Below are positions 14,287 through 27,452 of a DNA stretch of 64,000 bases, one piece after another. The translations under genes were made by a program, and so were the position numbers. Numbering within the stretch: position 1 is the stretch's first letter; each line of letters opens with the position of its first letter. The notes below the pieces were generated by a model. That model made no database searches. It saw only the letters and a program-made list of their open reading frames with translations, and was not told where the DNA came from. Source of the stretch: Eledone cirrhosa (taxonomy: Eukaryota); the NCBI GenBank assembly GCA_964016885.1, contig OZ024741.1, forward strand, positions 359,352,001-359,416,000. The letters are read 5' to 3'.

Positions 14287-15539
14287 CTTTTGATTAAAAA
14301 AATAAAAATTATAACAATAACATTTCAAGAAAGCAAGATATTATTTTATTTCATTAAAATAAATATTTTATTTCTATTAACTCTTAACATCCAGTACAAC
14401 ATAAAACCACATTAGCAAGTTATTTTTAAAAAGTACAAAACAGCCCTATGACTACATCATATTAAAAAGTAAATTTTTTGCTCTCATACTGCAAAATTTC
14501 ACAATCTATGCACACTTATATACATTTGAATTAATAAATCATATGAAACCACATTACCAAATCATTCTTGAAAAGTACAAATGACTGCATCACATAAATA
14601 ATTTAATCTTTAGTTTACAGCAAATTTTTACAGTAATCTGTCCACTGTCCACTAGTAATGACACAATAAACATTTGAATTAACACTCCTGTTTTTAGATG
14701 TTTTCTTCTGAATCATTTCAAGGTGTTAAGAGTTTAAAGTTTTAAATAAATGTTTTTATTAACCCTTTTGTTACCATATTTCAAATGAAATACACTGCCT
14801 ATGATTTTCAAGTCATTATCATCATCACTCTTTTATGTTCATTTTCCATGTTGGCATAGGTTGGACATTGTCAGAGACTAGACAGGTCAGATGACCATGT
14901 CCTGCTAGGACATTCCATCTTTAGCATGGTTTCTACAGCTTCTTAACACAAACCTCTTTACAGACTGTATAAGATGCATTTTATAATGGCCTTAGCACTA
15001 CCACTTCACAGAGGGTACTGAGTACATTTTATTTTATAACAATACCAGCCCTACCAGATTAGAGTGTATTGAGTGCACTTTAATGTTTAAAAGGCTTGCT
15101 TTTATTAAACTTTTCATTACCATATTTCTAATGAAAGACTGCCTATGATTTTCAATAGTTTTGAAAATAATCAAGAATTTGGAGAGATTTAATAATAAAT
15201 ATAACTATTTTTTTTTACTATTAAGTTGGTGATTGGAGTATAACTTAAAGGTTCTTACATAAAATTATGATGGAAGGCTTTTTGATAAAATATAATCACT
15301 TTAAAACAAACAGTTTTATATCATGGAACCATGGATGATTTTAGGAGGGTTTCTATCAAAAGGATTAAATGCTTATTGTTTTAAATAAATAGAGATATAT
15401 TTTGCTCAAGGACAAAACATTATATCTGCAACATGATATGAATTTATAATTAAGTTTAGGGTTTAAAACATTTTTATTTAGGTTACCTTTTAAAAATGTT
15501 GACATAGACATATATAAAGATCATTCTCTGAGTGTATCC

Positions 15540-16830
15540 TGTTTAGGTGGCAAATTCATTCCAGTGCTTTATATCCTGAATTCAACTGCCGAGGTCAACT
15601 TTGCCCTTTATCCTATCAAGATTGAGAAATAAAGTACTAGTCCAGCACTTGAGGTTGATACTTCCTCTATATCTATTTCCTACTTTCTCTGGAAGAAATA
15701 GTTTGTCTTCAGACCTGTCAGGTTTACATGCCTAAGACATGCTATATATCACAACAGTGCCCATATGACTCCATCAGGTGTTCAGTGTGCATGGCACAGC
15801 ATTCAGCTTGGAATGAGTACACTGTGTTATAAAGAAACCCTTTTAGATACTGTCAGCTGGAGCTAGCTGAGTTTGGGACTCATGTAAGTCACACCCTTTG
15901 TAATAACTGAGGTTACTACTCACTACAAATCATTTTCTAGGGTCAATTCAATGAACTATACTCCGTCCCAACTACAAATTTTTAACCTTGTGCCAATGTA
16001 AGAAATCACTGGATTGGCAGTATTGGTAGAGCATCATGCACCATGCTTTGCAGCGTAGAGTTGTGGCCCTTTGCGTCCTGAGTTCAAATCCTGCTGAGGT
16101 TAACTTTGTCTTTTACTTTTAAGGGGTTGATAAAAACAGCAGTAATGCACTGGGGTAATTGCTGGCCTTGTGCCAAGAAGTAGAAACAATTATTATTATT
16201 ACTATTATTGTTATTAGAATTAAAAATCAATATCATTATTATTTTTCTATGCTTTGACGCATAGAGTTACGGCCCTTGCCATTCTGAGTTCAAATCCCGC
16301 CAAGGTTAACTTTGCCTTTCATCCTTACGGGGTCGATAAAATAAAGTACCAGTAATGTACTGGGTTATTGCTGGCCTTGCGCCAAAAGTAGAAACAATTA
16401 TTATTATTTTTCCATAAAGGTAGTGGATTGGCAGTATCAGTAGAGTATTAAACAAAATGCTTTGCAGTATTTAGTTACGACTTTCTATATTCTGATTTTA
16501 AATGCTGCTGAGGTCAACTTTGCCTTTCATCCTTCAGGAGGGTGATAAATAAAGTACTAGTCAAGTAGTGGGTTAATATAATCAACTTTCCTTTCCCCAA
16601 AAATGTCTGGCCTTGTGCCTATGTAAGAAATCATCGTCAGACACACTGCTTAGTGGCATAGAGTTACATCCCTTTACATTCTGAGTTCAAATCCCAGCTT
16701 TACTTTTCATCCTTATGGGGCTGATAAAATAAAGTACCAGTCACGCACTTGGGTTGATTTAATCGACTTTCCGGTCCCTCAAAATTACTGGGCTTTGTGC
16801 CTAAATCAGAAACCATTGTTATTATTATTA
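15540..16830. mobile_element. Cluster of ~6 tRNA-derived SINEs with a Meta-like domain (further copies 2294-2455, 34864-35277, 49225-49597, 61767-61958)
   Basis: Repeated GGATTGGCAGTATCGGTAGAG...GAGTTCAAATCC...GCCTTTCATCCTTACGGGGTCGATAAAATAAAGTACCAG...AGTAGAAACAATTATT. Confidence 0.8.
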
Positions 16831-17175
16831 GCATTTTGGTTTTGTTAGTGAAAATTTCCCGACAATCATCATCATTGTTTAACACCTGTTTTTCTATGCT
16901 GGCATAGGTCAAATGTGTCTTTACAAACAAAACCAAGTCAGTACTTTATTGGTACTACTGTCCTCCCAAACAGGCCAGGGGCTGTGTCTCGCTTACATAC
17001 ATTCCAGTTTGGGAATACTTTCTATAGCTGGATGCCTTTCTTATCACCAATAACTTTACAGAGTGTACTAGGGCCATTTTAGCATGGAACCAGCACTATG
17101 GAGTTTGACATATGCTCAGCGAAACCAAAGAGTTCTAAATGCTGGAATATTTTGTGAAGTGGAAGAAATAGTTAC

Positions 17176-17275
17176 CTTTAGGTTGGATACATGTCTATCT
17201 GCATCATTCTCTGCAATAGCAGCCTCCATTATGGCTTTGATAGATGGATCTGTATGACTTGTTGAAATATCATGT
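17176..17275 (-). CDS. Secreted alpha/beta-hydrolase gene, exon 6 (R-HDISTSHTDPSIKAIMEAAIAENDADRHVSNLK)
   Basis: tttcag| acceptor, |gtaact donor, 100 nt phase 2-0. Confidence 0.9.
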
Positions 17276-18132
17276 CTGAAATACATAAACATATTCGTCT
17301 TTTGTTGTTTTGTTGTTTTTGACAGAAAACAAAACCAGATTTAATGCAATTCAGATGGTTTTTGAGAGGAAAATGATTAAAAAAAACCACAGTAGCTTCA
17401 ATACCAGACTAGCCAAACACACTAACTACTAAATCACACTAGAATGATGAACTGAAAATAGAAATATTACCAAAACCCTGAACTGAGAAGATTTACAGAG
17501 TTTCCTTAAAGTCTGGACACAGGAAATATCACTAACTATAATTTGTTTGTCCCACAGATTAAATATGAGTTTGTCGAAAGAAAGGATTGAACTGTTACTC
17601 CTCAGTGGATGTGAAGCATGATCCTATTAAAAGATAGCAGATGCTTTTAATGAACGTCATCCCAGAAGAACTCCAATTGGCTTTTTCACAGTGTGGAAGG
17701 TGGTTAGAAGTTTAAATAAACAGGCAGTGTCATAGATAAACCCTCTTCTGAGTGACCAAATCAGACGAAACAAAAGAAACTGCCAGGCTAAGTTATATGC
17801 TAGACCCCAAAAAATCACTTTGTAGGACATCGATGGACCTGGGTGTTCCCAAAGCAACCATCAATTGCTCTAGCAGGATAAATGGCCTTAAAACTATTGT
17901 TGTGTTGTTACAATGAAGTACACTGTATTTAAATTAAAGAAAGATTTTGAGGGATTTACTAAAACTGTTACTTATTTTATTGTTAAGATAGCATTTGTAA
18001 CATATGTTAACAAGCTTTTATATCAAATTAAGTTGAAAGATTTAAATTTAAATAAGAACCCATTGAAATGGGTGGTTTTGTTTCATAGAAACAGTCAAAT
18101 TTGGGTGGGTTGGTAAAAAAATTGAAACAAAC

Positions 18133-18259
18133 CTGAAGAACAGATTACTGTCTCCATACTCTTCTTTCTTGATCCAGCCTGCCAGAGAGACTACAGCTAG
18201 AGCACGGTCAGGAAAGTGAGTAGCAAGATGCCATGCTCCATGTCCACCCATTGAATGAC
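18133..18259 (-). CDS. Secreted alpha/beta-hydrolase gene, exon 5 (G-HSMGGHGAWHLATHFPDRALAVVSLAGWIKKEEYGDSNLFF), nucleophile elbow
   Basis: tttag| acceptor, |gtttgt donor, 127 nt phase 1-2; GHSMGG = GxSxG motif. Confidence 0.92.
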
Positions 18260-18499
18260 CTAAACAGCAATAAATAATAACATCCTAGTAATTGATATAA
18301 AGAAGCAAAAATAAAAAAATAAGCAATTATTGCTTGGATACATTTACTAATTTTAAATCTTACATTATATATACCGTATTTTCCTAAAATAAGTCTAAAA
18401 AAATCTACCATGCATCATGGAAGCCGAAGCGTCTTCAGCGCCGAGAAATACAGTATATATATATATATGTGTCTGTGTTTGTGTGTGAATATATATACA

Positions 18500-18552
<53 letters not shown>

Positions 18553-20075
18553 GATGATGATATATCAATACATGGTATTAGTTGGACATTCAAGAAACTA
18601 GCAGTTTCATGTTTTTGTTGACAGAGGCACATAAACAAAAGACTATAAAACTGTTACTTCTTTGAAAATCCAACTAACACCATATATATATATAAATTAC
18701 CACTATGCTTACATATTGAGGGCTCATTTTTTCGTAATATGCAATTACATTCAAGTAACTATGATAAAAAGCACACAGTCCACCCTGTAAGGTGATCATG
18801 TTGATTATACAAGAAAAAAAAACACCCAGTCCACCCTGTAAAGTGGCCATGCTGGTGACACGATGAAAACGTACCTAGCCTACTTGTTAGAAAAGCACCC
18901 AGTTCACACCATTATGTGGTTGGCTTTCAATAGAGTATTCAGGCCTAGAAACCAAGTCAAAATACAGATTTGCATGAGCAAGATGTGGTCACCTCACCTG
19001 ACTTGTCTCATAACATAACAACCTGTTTAACCCATACAAGTGTGGAAAAATAGACGTTAAACAGTGATGAAAATTATGACAATATATGGTTATTTGGGGA
19101 AAGTTGGTACAATGCAAATTATAAAAATTAGTGAAAACTAGAGTAATGTAAGATAAACAAAAAAAAAACATGTTACTCTTTTGCCGTATACTTATATTTC
19201 GAAGTAAGGACCCCTTTTTTAAAAGAATAGCAATGGAGCGTCGTTGTGGTGACAAGCAGTGCTCCACTCTTGTGTGTCTAACTTACATTGTACTGGCTTT
19301 CCTAAAATAATCATAATCACACATCTCACAATGCTACTATATAAACTATACTATTTTTTAAAATTAAAATTTACTGTAAATGCCATTGCGAATCCTTAAA
19401 TCGGTAATGATTTAGCAGAAAATATCTAAAAATGGGTCTGTTAATTCAAATGTTTATAGTATCTTTACTAGTGGATATACTGTTGTAGAAATTTGCAGTA
19501 TTAATTGCTAATGTGGTACAGTCAAAATGCTGTTTTGTACCTTTCAAGAATGTCTTGCTAATGCAGTTTCATGCTGTACAGGATGTTAAGAGTTAATTGA
19601 AATTTGTAGATCTTACACATTAAATCTTATTTGTAGATCTTACACATCTTAAATATTACACATTTTTTTCTGAAATATTCCAGTGCCACAGTAAAATATA
19701 CAAAATACACCTTGTAAAGTAGTCAGTGTTTGGAAGGGCATTTAGCTGTAGAAATCCTGCAAAAAATGGAATGTATCAGCAAGACGTGGTCTTCTCAACT
19801 TTATCTTGTCTCAGATCATGATAACCCATCTAATCCATGCTGTGATGATGATGATGATGATGATGTTTTGTTGTATTTACGTCTACTTCTCCATGCCTGC
19901 ATGGATCAGATGGGATATTTTAAGACAATGTTTTACAGCTGGATGCCCTTCCTGGCATTAACTCTTTTAGTTGCCTCATATGGCACATAGGGATATATTG
20001 TACCTATTCTAAAAAGCAAAATACATATACATATGGTACTAAAAAAAATAAAATAGTTAGGAAATATCAACTTGC

Positions 20076-20206
20076 CTGCAAAAATGACATGATTAGGTGC
20101 TACTTTGTTATCAATCCAATCTGCAGACTTCACAAGTGTTGTGAGTTTCTCAAGGGCCGTCATAGCAGTTAAAGCTCCAGGTCCTTCCCAGTTGTGAGCT
20201 CCATGT
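20076..20206 (-). CDS. Secreted alpha/beta-hydrolase gene, exon 4 (R-HGAHNWEGPGALTAMTALEKL...HVIFA-G), followed by a GC donor
   Basis: gatag| acceptor, 131 nt phase 2-1, donor AG|gcaagt. Confidence 0.88.
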
Positions 20207-22285
20207 CTATCAAAATAAATATGGAGAACAATATAATGATAGTGCCTTCTTTAACCCATAAACATTTACATTACTCTATATATATTATTATATTTTCACA
20301 GTAAAGGCTTTATCTTACATAATATTGAATCAATGAGATTTTGATACCATCTATTTTGAGAACAATACCTTAACATCAGTATGAGTGGCCAGTTACAGCC
20401 AGTCTGAGCAAAAAGAGGTAAGAGAATTCTGGCTAGATACAGCCGGTTTAAATGCTAAAGGGTTAAATTGTAGTAAAATACACTTCAAGTAGAGCTGGCA
20501 CATGGGTATTTAGTGCACTGGTTTCTTAGCTCTACAAATCTTTGATACTCAACCCGAGCCACCATTTAGCAGACACAGATAAATCTGGCCAATTAATAGT
20601 GCTACAAATAAGGATGGTCTGCTTGAAATAGCAATCAAATCTTCCTGAAATCAACCTTAGAGTCTTCAAGAGGAAAGATAGATAAGATAATATGGTCCTT
20701 GATACACTATGCCCAAATAAAGATGTGATGGTCATGAGTGAAACGTCTTTGATTAAAGATCTACTGAATCAGTTCCTAACAAGAACAAGTTATTAAATTT
20801 TGTGTTGTAAGAAACAATTACAATTTCTGCATACCTGTTTCAATCTCTTTTTGGAACTTTCATTTCATTTAGATTGCTAATATCTTCGGCGATGAGTTCT
20901 ACATTTATCCATAATACAGCTCATACATCTTGGACTGTGCATACACAAGCTCCTACCCTGAACCACTCTAATTGTGTTTTGACACCCAGCAGAGTCAGCA
21001 CCTTGGATTTTAGTACCCTGGGCTAGCTCTATAATGTTGACCACATTAAAAAAATTACTAAGCCTGCATTTTCCACTACACAGACTACACTTACCCATGC
21101 CAAATCAAGTGAGGGATCATAACACTATACAACCCTCTCCACCACTTTAGAAATTTTTACAATGCCTCACAGCAAAAATATTTAGTGATTTATTTATTGA
21201 TAGCAGGAAATTAAATATTGTATTTAATCATACAAATTTGTTTAAAACAGTTATTATTAAAGGTTCAGTGGTGCACTTCTTTGAGGTCTGCACTTTAATA
21301 CAAATAGCAGTGTTGGCTCTGACTTTAAGCTTTAAGATAATGTGACCTCATAAAAATAGAAATAAGTATATTTATAGTGCCTTCTTTAAACTGCCACAAG
21401 TAAAATACACTTCAAGCTACAGGCATAAATAACCCAATGAAAACGTGATTTAGATATTAGTTTGCTTCTTAAAACACATGAAAGATATCATTGAATAATA
21501 AAACTGTCACTGTCTGTACCACCACCATTGTATTCCAGTTTGTTTTTCCATGGTCAGATTCCCTTGTTCATCCTAACTCCCACCTTAGTCTAAGTAAGGC
21601 ACATGTCATTGGTACTTACCAAACCACTACACTGCAGGACATATTATTTATAGGGGTACATGCCTTTCATCCTTACGGGGTCAATAAAATAAAGTACCAG
21701 TAATGCACTGGGTAATTGCTGGCCTTGCGCCTAACGTAGAAACAATTATTTATGGGGGTACATAAACAACTGTCACCTCAGACTTATGGTGTCAATATGA
21801 TTTTGCAGTGACTGGCACACGTAGACACATATATATACAACTGACTTCCATACAGTTTCTGTAAACCAAATTCCCTCACAATGCATTGAGGTTAAGTTCT
21901 CTCTTGCTCTGATCAATCGAGAAGATCCCAGACCTCATTCGCTTGCCGAGTGGGGTGTACCTCGTCAGATCAGACCAAGGAAACAATGTTTCCATTGGTC
22001 TTTGATACTATCTACCGGTTGCAACTCCTGGCAGAAAGAGCAACGTGAAATAAAGTGTCTTGCTCAAGGACAACACATCACCCGGTCCAAGAATTGAACT
22101 CACAACCTCATGATTGCAAATCCTACTCTCTAACCACTTCGCAGCCAAGCCTAATTAACTATTGTGTGTCCAACACATCTCACTCACTGACACTAGCAAT
22201 TTTGTGATGAAAACGTTTATATTTTGTTTATCACAAATAACTAATTCAAAACGCCAGCCTTGTTACACATTGTGTCACACAGAAT

Positions 22286-22641
22286 TATAATGAAGAATGT
22301 AAGTCGTTAGATCAGAAGGCATTAAATAGACAAACTCCATTACAAGTATGTACTTCATTTATTCTTGCTTCACACTGTGAAACTCATTTTGCCTGTATTT
22401 CCATGTGTGAGATACGACAGGATATGGCGTATCGAAGAATCAACGTTTTGACGATAGCAGATTTTTCTGGAGACTGGTTTTCTGTCTTAACTTCCGTTCT
22501 CTGGTCTAAGTAGTCCAGTTACTTGTATCGCTACGCCGAAGGTTTTGATTGGCTCACACTTCAGCCAATTTACTTCCGTAACATTTTTCTTCCGCCGAAG
22601 GAAAATACATTAAATTACAAAGGATATATATTACTGCTACA
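22286..22641 (-). repeat. 3' LTR of the gypsy element
   Basis: TGTAGC...TATA on minus; preceded by purine tract AAGCAGGGGGTGA; ~4 mismatches to the 5' LTR by eye. Confidence 0.95.
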
Positions 22642-22920
22642 TCACCCCCTGCTTAGGCTTAAAGCCGACAGAGAAAAAAGGGTAGCAGTTACAAGAAAGA
22701 AAAAATATATATATAACAGTAAATATATAATAAACAATATCAATTCACAGAAAACTAAATATTCATTTCACAGGAATGTCTGCGTTTTGCTTCAGAGAAA
22801 AAGAGGAAAATAAAAAAAAACTGAGCAGCAGAAATAGTCCAAAGTTCACATCAATTAATGCATTTAATATAAATACAAGAGAGGACAAGAACTCAAAAAG
22901 CTTGCTCTATATAGCATAGT

Positions 22921-25170
22921 TCATATATATAGAGTCTTGCAAAGGTTCTTGGGCCAATGTACTCGGCGACCACTACGTGTGGTGGTGACGTATGTAGGTG
23001 TAGGTGGAGAAGGTGTGTGCAATGTTGCATGTGTAGCGTGTGTTGGCTGATGCAGAGTATATGTAGGGGGAATATGGGGCTCTTGTGTGAGAGTGTCTGT
23101 AAAGGCCCGTTTCACCCTATCGATGGATATAGTCTCTTTTTTACCACCAATGTCCAGAGTGAACAGTTTATCTGTGCATGCAAGCACACGATCAGGACCG
23201 GTATAAGGTGACGTGAGAGGAGCTCTCACAGCATCCTTCCGTAGAAAGATGTGGGTCCACGAAGCAATGTCTTTCGGGACCGAAGACTTTATTGTCTGTT
23301 GCCGAGGGTTCATAGGCGGAAGATTGTCAAAATAAGATCGCAGTCTGTTCACATACAGAGCTGGATCTATTTCAGGTAAATCCATTGGGGTCAACATCTG
23401 ACCCGGCAAAGATATAGGTACTCCGTAAACCAGTTCAGCTGGGGAGTATCCTAGATCCTCCTTGATAGCTGCACGACAGCCAAGAAGGACAATTGGTACA
23501 TACTCGCTCCATTGCTGTTGATCCGGATAAGCGCACAATGCGGCTTTCAATTGGCGGTGGAAGCGCTCTATCATTCCATTCAAAGCTGGATGATAGCTAG
23601 TCGTTCGGATGCGCTTAATTCCCAGGATCCTTGAAAGTTCTCGGAAGTGATGGGACTCAAACTGTCCACCACGGTCCGTGGTGACAGTGGTTGGAACTCC
23701 GTAACGCGATATCCAACCCGATACTAGAGCTTGCGCTACAGATTCCGCCGAAATGTCACTTAAAAGAATGGCTTCAGGCCAACGTGTGAAGCGATCAATA
23801 CAGGTCAGGAGATAGGTAAATCCTTGGCTGATCGGCCATGGTCCAACGAGATCTATATGGACATGACTGAACCGAGCGTCTGGAGTGCTGAAAGTTCCGA
23901 GGGGTGCGTGGATGTGTTTGTGCACCTTTGACTTCTGGCAGGACAAGCAGGAACATGTCCAGGCAGTGATGTCACGCCTCATATTCGGCCAGAAGAATCT
24001 AGCCGAAATGAGCTTCACTGTGGTCGATATTCTAGGGTGTGCTAGACCGTGCAAGGTCTCGAAAACTGCATGACGATGAGTCGCTGGAACTAGAGGACGA
24101 AGTGAATCTGTCGAGGTGTCACAAATAATCTGTGTGTACGAAGTGGGCACAGGTTGATATGAAAATTTGCCAGTTGCAAATTCAGGAGCCGAAAGATCCA
24201 AGGTGTCCAGGCGTGGCTGTTCTGCGGCCATCCGTTGAAGGTCAATATCCAAAGTTGATGACAGGGAATTGATTGGGAGGCGAGACAAGGCATCTGCCGC
24301 CGCATTCTGCTCACCGGAGATGTGTCGGATATCACTGGTAAATTGCGAAATGAAGTCCAAATGGCGAGTTTCGCGAGGTGAATATTTATCCGGCTTAGAA
24401 CGCAGTGCGAACGTAAGCGGACGATGATCAGTGTAGATCGCAAATTGACGACCATCCAGTGAATGCCGAAAGTGTTTCACTGCGAGGTACATAGCCAGGA
24501 GTTCACGGCCGAATGTGCTATATCGTGTTTCTGCAGGTTTCAGTTGTCTCGAGAAGTACGCGAGAGGTTGTAATTGTTGTTGGTAATGCTGTTGCAAAAC
24601 TGCACCTATAGCTGTGCCCGATACATCAACGACCAGTGAAAACTGGGCACCAGACACAGGATGTGCAAGCAGTGATGTCTCCGCGAGTTTCTGCTTCACT
24701 TCGTTGAAGGCTTTTAGCTGACTCGTGTCCAGTGTGATGGATTCATTTTTCCTTTTCCTGTTATGTAACAGGTCGGATAAAGGAAACAGGACATCTGCAC
24801 AGTGTGGGATAAAACGTCTGTAGTAGTTCAGCAGACCAAGAAAATGTCGTAGCTGGCGAAGTGAAGTGGGTGGTTGAAGGTCTTGCAGAGCTTTCACTTT
24901 GTCAGGTAGTGGTGAGATTCCCTCAGGGCTGATGATATGGCTCAAGAAGACAAGTGAAGACGCACCGAAAACACATTTCGCCGGGTTAATTCGCACTTGA
25001 TACTGCTGAAACCGCTCAAACAGTAGACGGAGGTGAGTGACATGTTCCTCGGGTGAGGCACTTGCCACGAGAATGTCATCAATGTAGTTATTCACGAAGT
25101 CCAAATCGCGCACAACTTCAGCCATGAAACGTTGGAAAGTACTGGCTGCGTTTCGCAAACCGAAAGGCAT
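22921..25170 (-). CDS. pol: Gypsy pol: RT C-terminal half, RNase H, integrase (749-aa open frame)
   Basis: MPFGLRNA, YIDD, RNaseH (DVSG, RELLA, TDHRPL, ADALSR), HHCC zinc finger, integrase HIDLVGP/TDRGGQF/GMIERFHR. Confidence 0.95.
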   Translation of the reverse strand: MPFGLRNAASTFQRFMAEVVRDLDFVNNYIDDILVASASPEEHVTHLRLLFERFQQYQVRINPAKCVFGASSLVFLSHIISPEGISPLPDKVKALQDLQPPTSLRQLRHFLGLLNYYRRFIPHCADVLFPLSDLLHNRKRKNESITLDTSQLKAFNEVKQKLAETSLLAHPVSGAQFSLVVDVSGTAIGAVLQQHYQQQLQPLAYFSRQLKPAETRYSTFGRELLAMYLAVKHFRHSLDGRQFAIYTDHRPLTFALRSKPDKYSPRETRHLDFISQFTSDIRHISGEQNAAADALSRLPINSLSSTLDIDLQRMAAEQPRLDTLDLSAPEFATGKFSYQPVPTSYTQIICDTSTDSLRPLVPATHRHAVFETLHGLAHPRISTTVKLISARFFWPNMRRDITAWTCSCLSCQKSKVHKHIHAPLGTFSTPDARFSHVHIDLVGPWPISQGFTYLLTCIDRFTRWPEAILLSDISAESVAQALVSGWISRYGVPTTVTTDRGGQFESHHFRELSRILGIKRIRTTSYHPALNGMIERFHRQLKAALCAYPDQQQWSEYVPIVLLGCRAAIKEDLGYSPAELVYGVPISLPGQMLTPMDLPEIDPALYVNRLRSYFDNLPPMNPRQQTIKSSVPKDIASWTHIFLRKDAVRAPLTSPYTGPDRVLACTDKLFTLDIGGKKETISIDRVKRAFTDTLTQEPHIPPTYTLHQPTHATHATLHTPSPPTPTYVTTTRSGRRVHWPKNLCKTLYI

Positions 25171-26473
25171 AGTCAGAACTTCGAACGCTCCGAAGGAGTT
25201 GTTATGGCAGTTTTAGGTATATCTGCCGGGTTCATTGGAATCTGGTGGTAAGCCTTGACCAAATCCAATTTGGAAGATGTCTTACATCTATGAAGCGAAG
25301 ACGCGAAATCTTGTATGTGTGGGATCGGGTACCGTCATTGCATTTAACCGGCGAAAGTCCCCAGTGGGACGCCAATCACCGGAACGCTTCGGAACCAAAT
25401 GCAAATGAGCGGCCCACGGACTTTAAGATGGGCGTATGATCCCCAGTTGTAGCATGTGGTTAAATTCAGCCTTCGCTGCTTTCAATTTCTCTGCAGGGAG
25501 GTGGCGAGGGCGAGAAAATACAGGAGCGCCAGAAGTTTCGATATAATGTTTTGTGGAGTGAGTAAGCTTGCTCACCACAAAATTCAAATTTGTCAATTCC
25601 GGGAAGGAATTTAGAAGCGACTGGAAAGGGTCCTCTGAAGTGGCGATGAAGAATACCGGGCTGATAGATGAGACAATAGATCTCAAACCCGGAACGGAGA
25701 GTTCCGTATTAGCATCCAACAACCGGCGTCTGCGCATATCCACTAAGAGGTTATAGTTGTGCAGGAAATCCATGCCTAGAATAGGGTAGGCAAATCAGCG
25801 ACCGTGAAAATCCACGTGAAGTCTCTTCGCAATTCCAGGTTCAAAGAACGAGAAATTTGACCATACGTGGAGATAGGAGAATGATTTACGGCTTGCAGAG
25901 AAATAGATGAAACTGGCGGCTTCTCTTTGAGAAGTTTTAGTGGCCATATGCTGCAAGCAGCGCCTGTATCCACTAGACATCGAGTTTGGGAAAACGTGTC
26001 AGTTATAAAGAATGCACGATTATTTGGGAGCGTCAGAGGAGACTGTGCCGTGCTCAGGTCTTCTGATATCCGTTTCCCTGGATGGAAAACGAACAGGGCT
26101 GTTTACAAGAGCGTGCCGCCACGCCAAAGCGGCTGTGGTAGTAGCACAGTCCTGGCTTGCTTGTGTGGTGGCGGCGTGGCGAGGGCGAACGGCTCTGGAA
26201 GCGACGTCTGGGCGATTGAGCCCTGGAGGTACTCAATTTTCTCACCTCTTTGGTGAGTTGCTCTATGGCTTGAAGTATTGCCACAGACGCAAGTGAGTGA
26301 TCGGTGTGGACGGCAGCTGCTGGAGAGAACGAAGAGACCGCAGCCGGTGGCTGAGGTGCAACGTAGGAGGCAGGGTTTCCAGTGAAACTTATAATTTTGT
26401 CGGCCGAAGCCGCTAGCTGGTCGACTGTGGTAGTCTCCATCATAGGCGCTAAAATCGCCTGAACACCGGGCGG
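25171..26473 (-). pseudogene. Disrupted gypsy gag C-terminus, aspartic protease and RT N-terminus
   Basis: CYYHSRFG.AARSCKQPC knuckle, DTGA protease motif, [29 protein letters not shown] pieces split by stops and frameshifts. Confidence 0.9.
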
Positions 26474-26619
26474 CAGAGAGGAAAATGTTAAGAAATGTCA
26501 GAGAGGAAAATGTTAAGAAATGTCAGAGAGGAAAATGTTAAGAAATGTCAGAGAGGAAAATGTTAAGAAATGTCAGAGAGGAAAATGTTAAGAAATGTCA
26601 GAGAGGAAAATGTTAAGAA
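26474..26619. repeat. 25-bp tandem repeat CAGAGAGGAAAATGTTAAGAAATGT, ~5.8 copies
   Basis: Perfect head-to-tail copies inside the gypsy element. Confidence 0.97.
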
Positions 26620-27096
26620 TAAAAAAAAATTTTTTCTTATATTTTTCAAAGAGGCGTTGCCTTTAAATCAAATTGGCTGGCAAACAAACGCAGAAGACGT
26701 ATAATGGCCATTCGTAACGCTCCGGAATACAGGCAAATTTTTGAAGATTGCATCACCCAATCAGAATCCAGGAGGATTTATGTGCAAAATACAAATCTTG
26801 AGACGCAGTGAAAAAAAAATTATAATGCACGATGGAATAATTTACCGATAATTTTTTTGTTAATAATGCATTTCGATGTAATACATGTCGATACAAAATG
26901 TGTTTGTGCATGCAGGCAAATGATAAATATAATGATAATGTAATAATTGTTCTAAACAATAAAACGTTCAGTTTTTTCTTCTTTGTGACAGCGTTCTTTC
27001 TTTCTTTTATATTTGTTGTACAAAAATGCTTGTTTGTTTCTCGTCAGTTTGCGAATATGATTTGTTGCATGTTCGTTCAAGTCGCAGGTCACCATT

Positions 27097-27452
27097 TATA
27101 ATGAAGAATGTAAGTCGTTAGATCAGAAGGCATTAAATAGACAAATTCCATTACAAGTATGTACTTCATTTATTCTTGCTTCACACTGTGAAACTCATTT
27201 TGTCTGTATTTCCATGTGTGAGATACGACAGGATATGGCGTATCGAAGAATCAACGTTTTGACGATAGCAGATTTTTCTGGAGACTGGTTTTCTGTCTTA
27301 ACTTCCGTTCTCTGGTCTAAGTAGTCCAGTTACTTGTATCGCTACGCCGAAGGTTTTGATTGGCTCACACTTCAGCCAATTTACTTCCGTAACATTTTTC
27401 TTCCGCCAAAGGAAAATACATTTAATTACAAAGGATATATATTACTGCTACA
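27097..27452 (-). repeat. 5' LTR of the gypsy element
   Basis: Direct repeat of 22286-22641, followed on minus by AA then the TGG-starting PBS. Confidence 0.95.

Larger units (their letters stand above)
22286..27452 (-). mobile_element. Ty3/gypsy LTR retrotransposon, near full length, defective
   Basis: Two 356-bp LTRs, GAAT TSD (22282-22285 and 27453-27456), PBS TGGTGACCTGCGAC (27081-27094), PPT adjacent to the 3' LTR, gag/PR/RT/RNaseH/IN order. Confidence 0.97.

Noticed and set aside
18373-18454. Tiny TA-flanked element with CCGTATTT...AAATACAG ends (Tc1/pogo-like MITE)
   Set aside because: Imperfect ~9-bp TIRs and a single copy; too weak to call
26474-26619. 25-bp repeats as CRISPR
   Set aside because: Contiguous identical units with no spacers, inside a gypsy element
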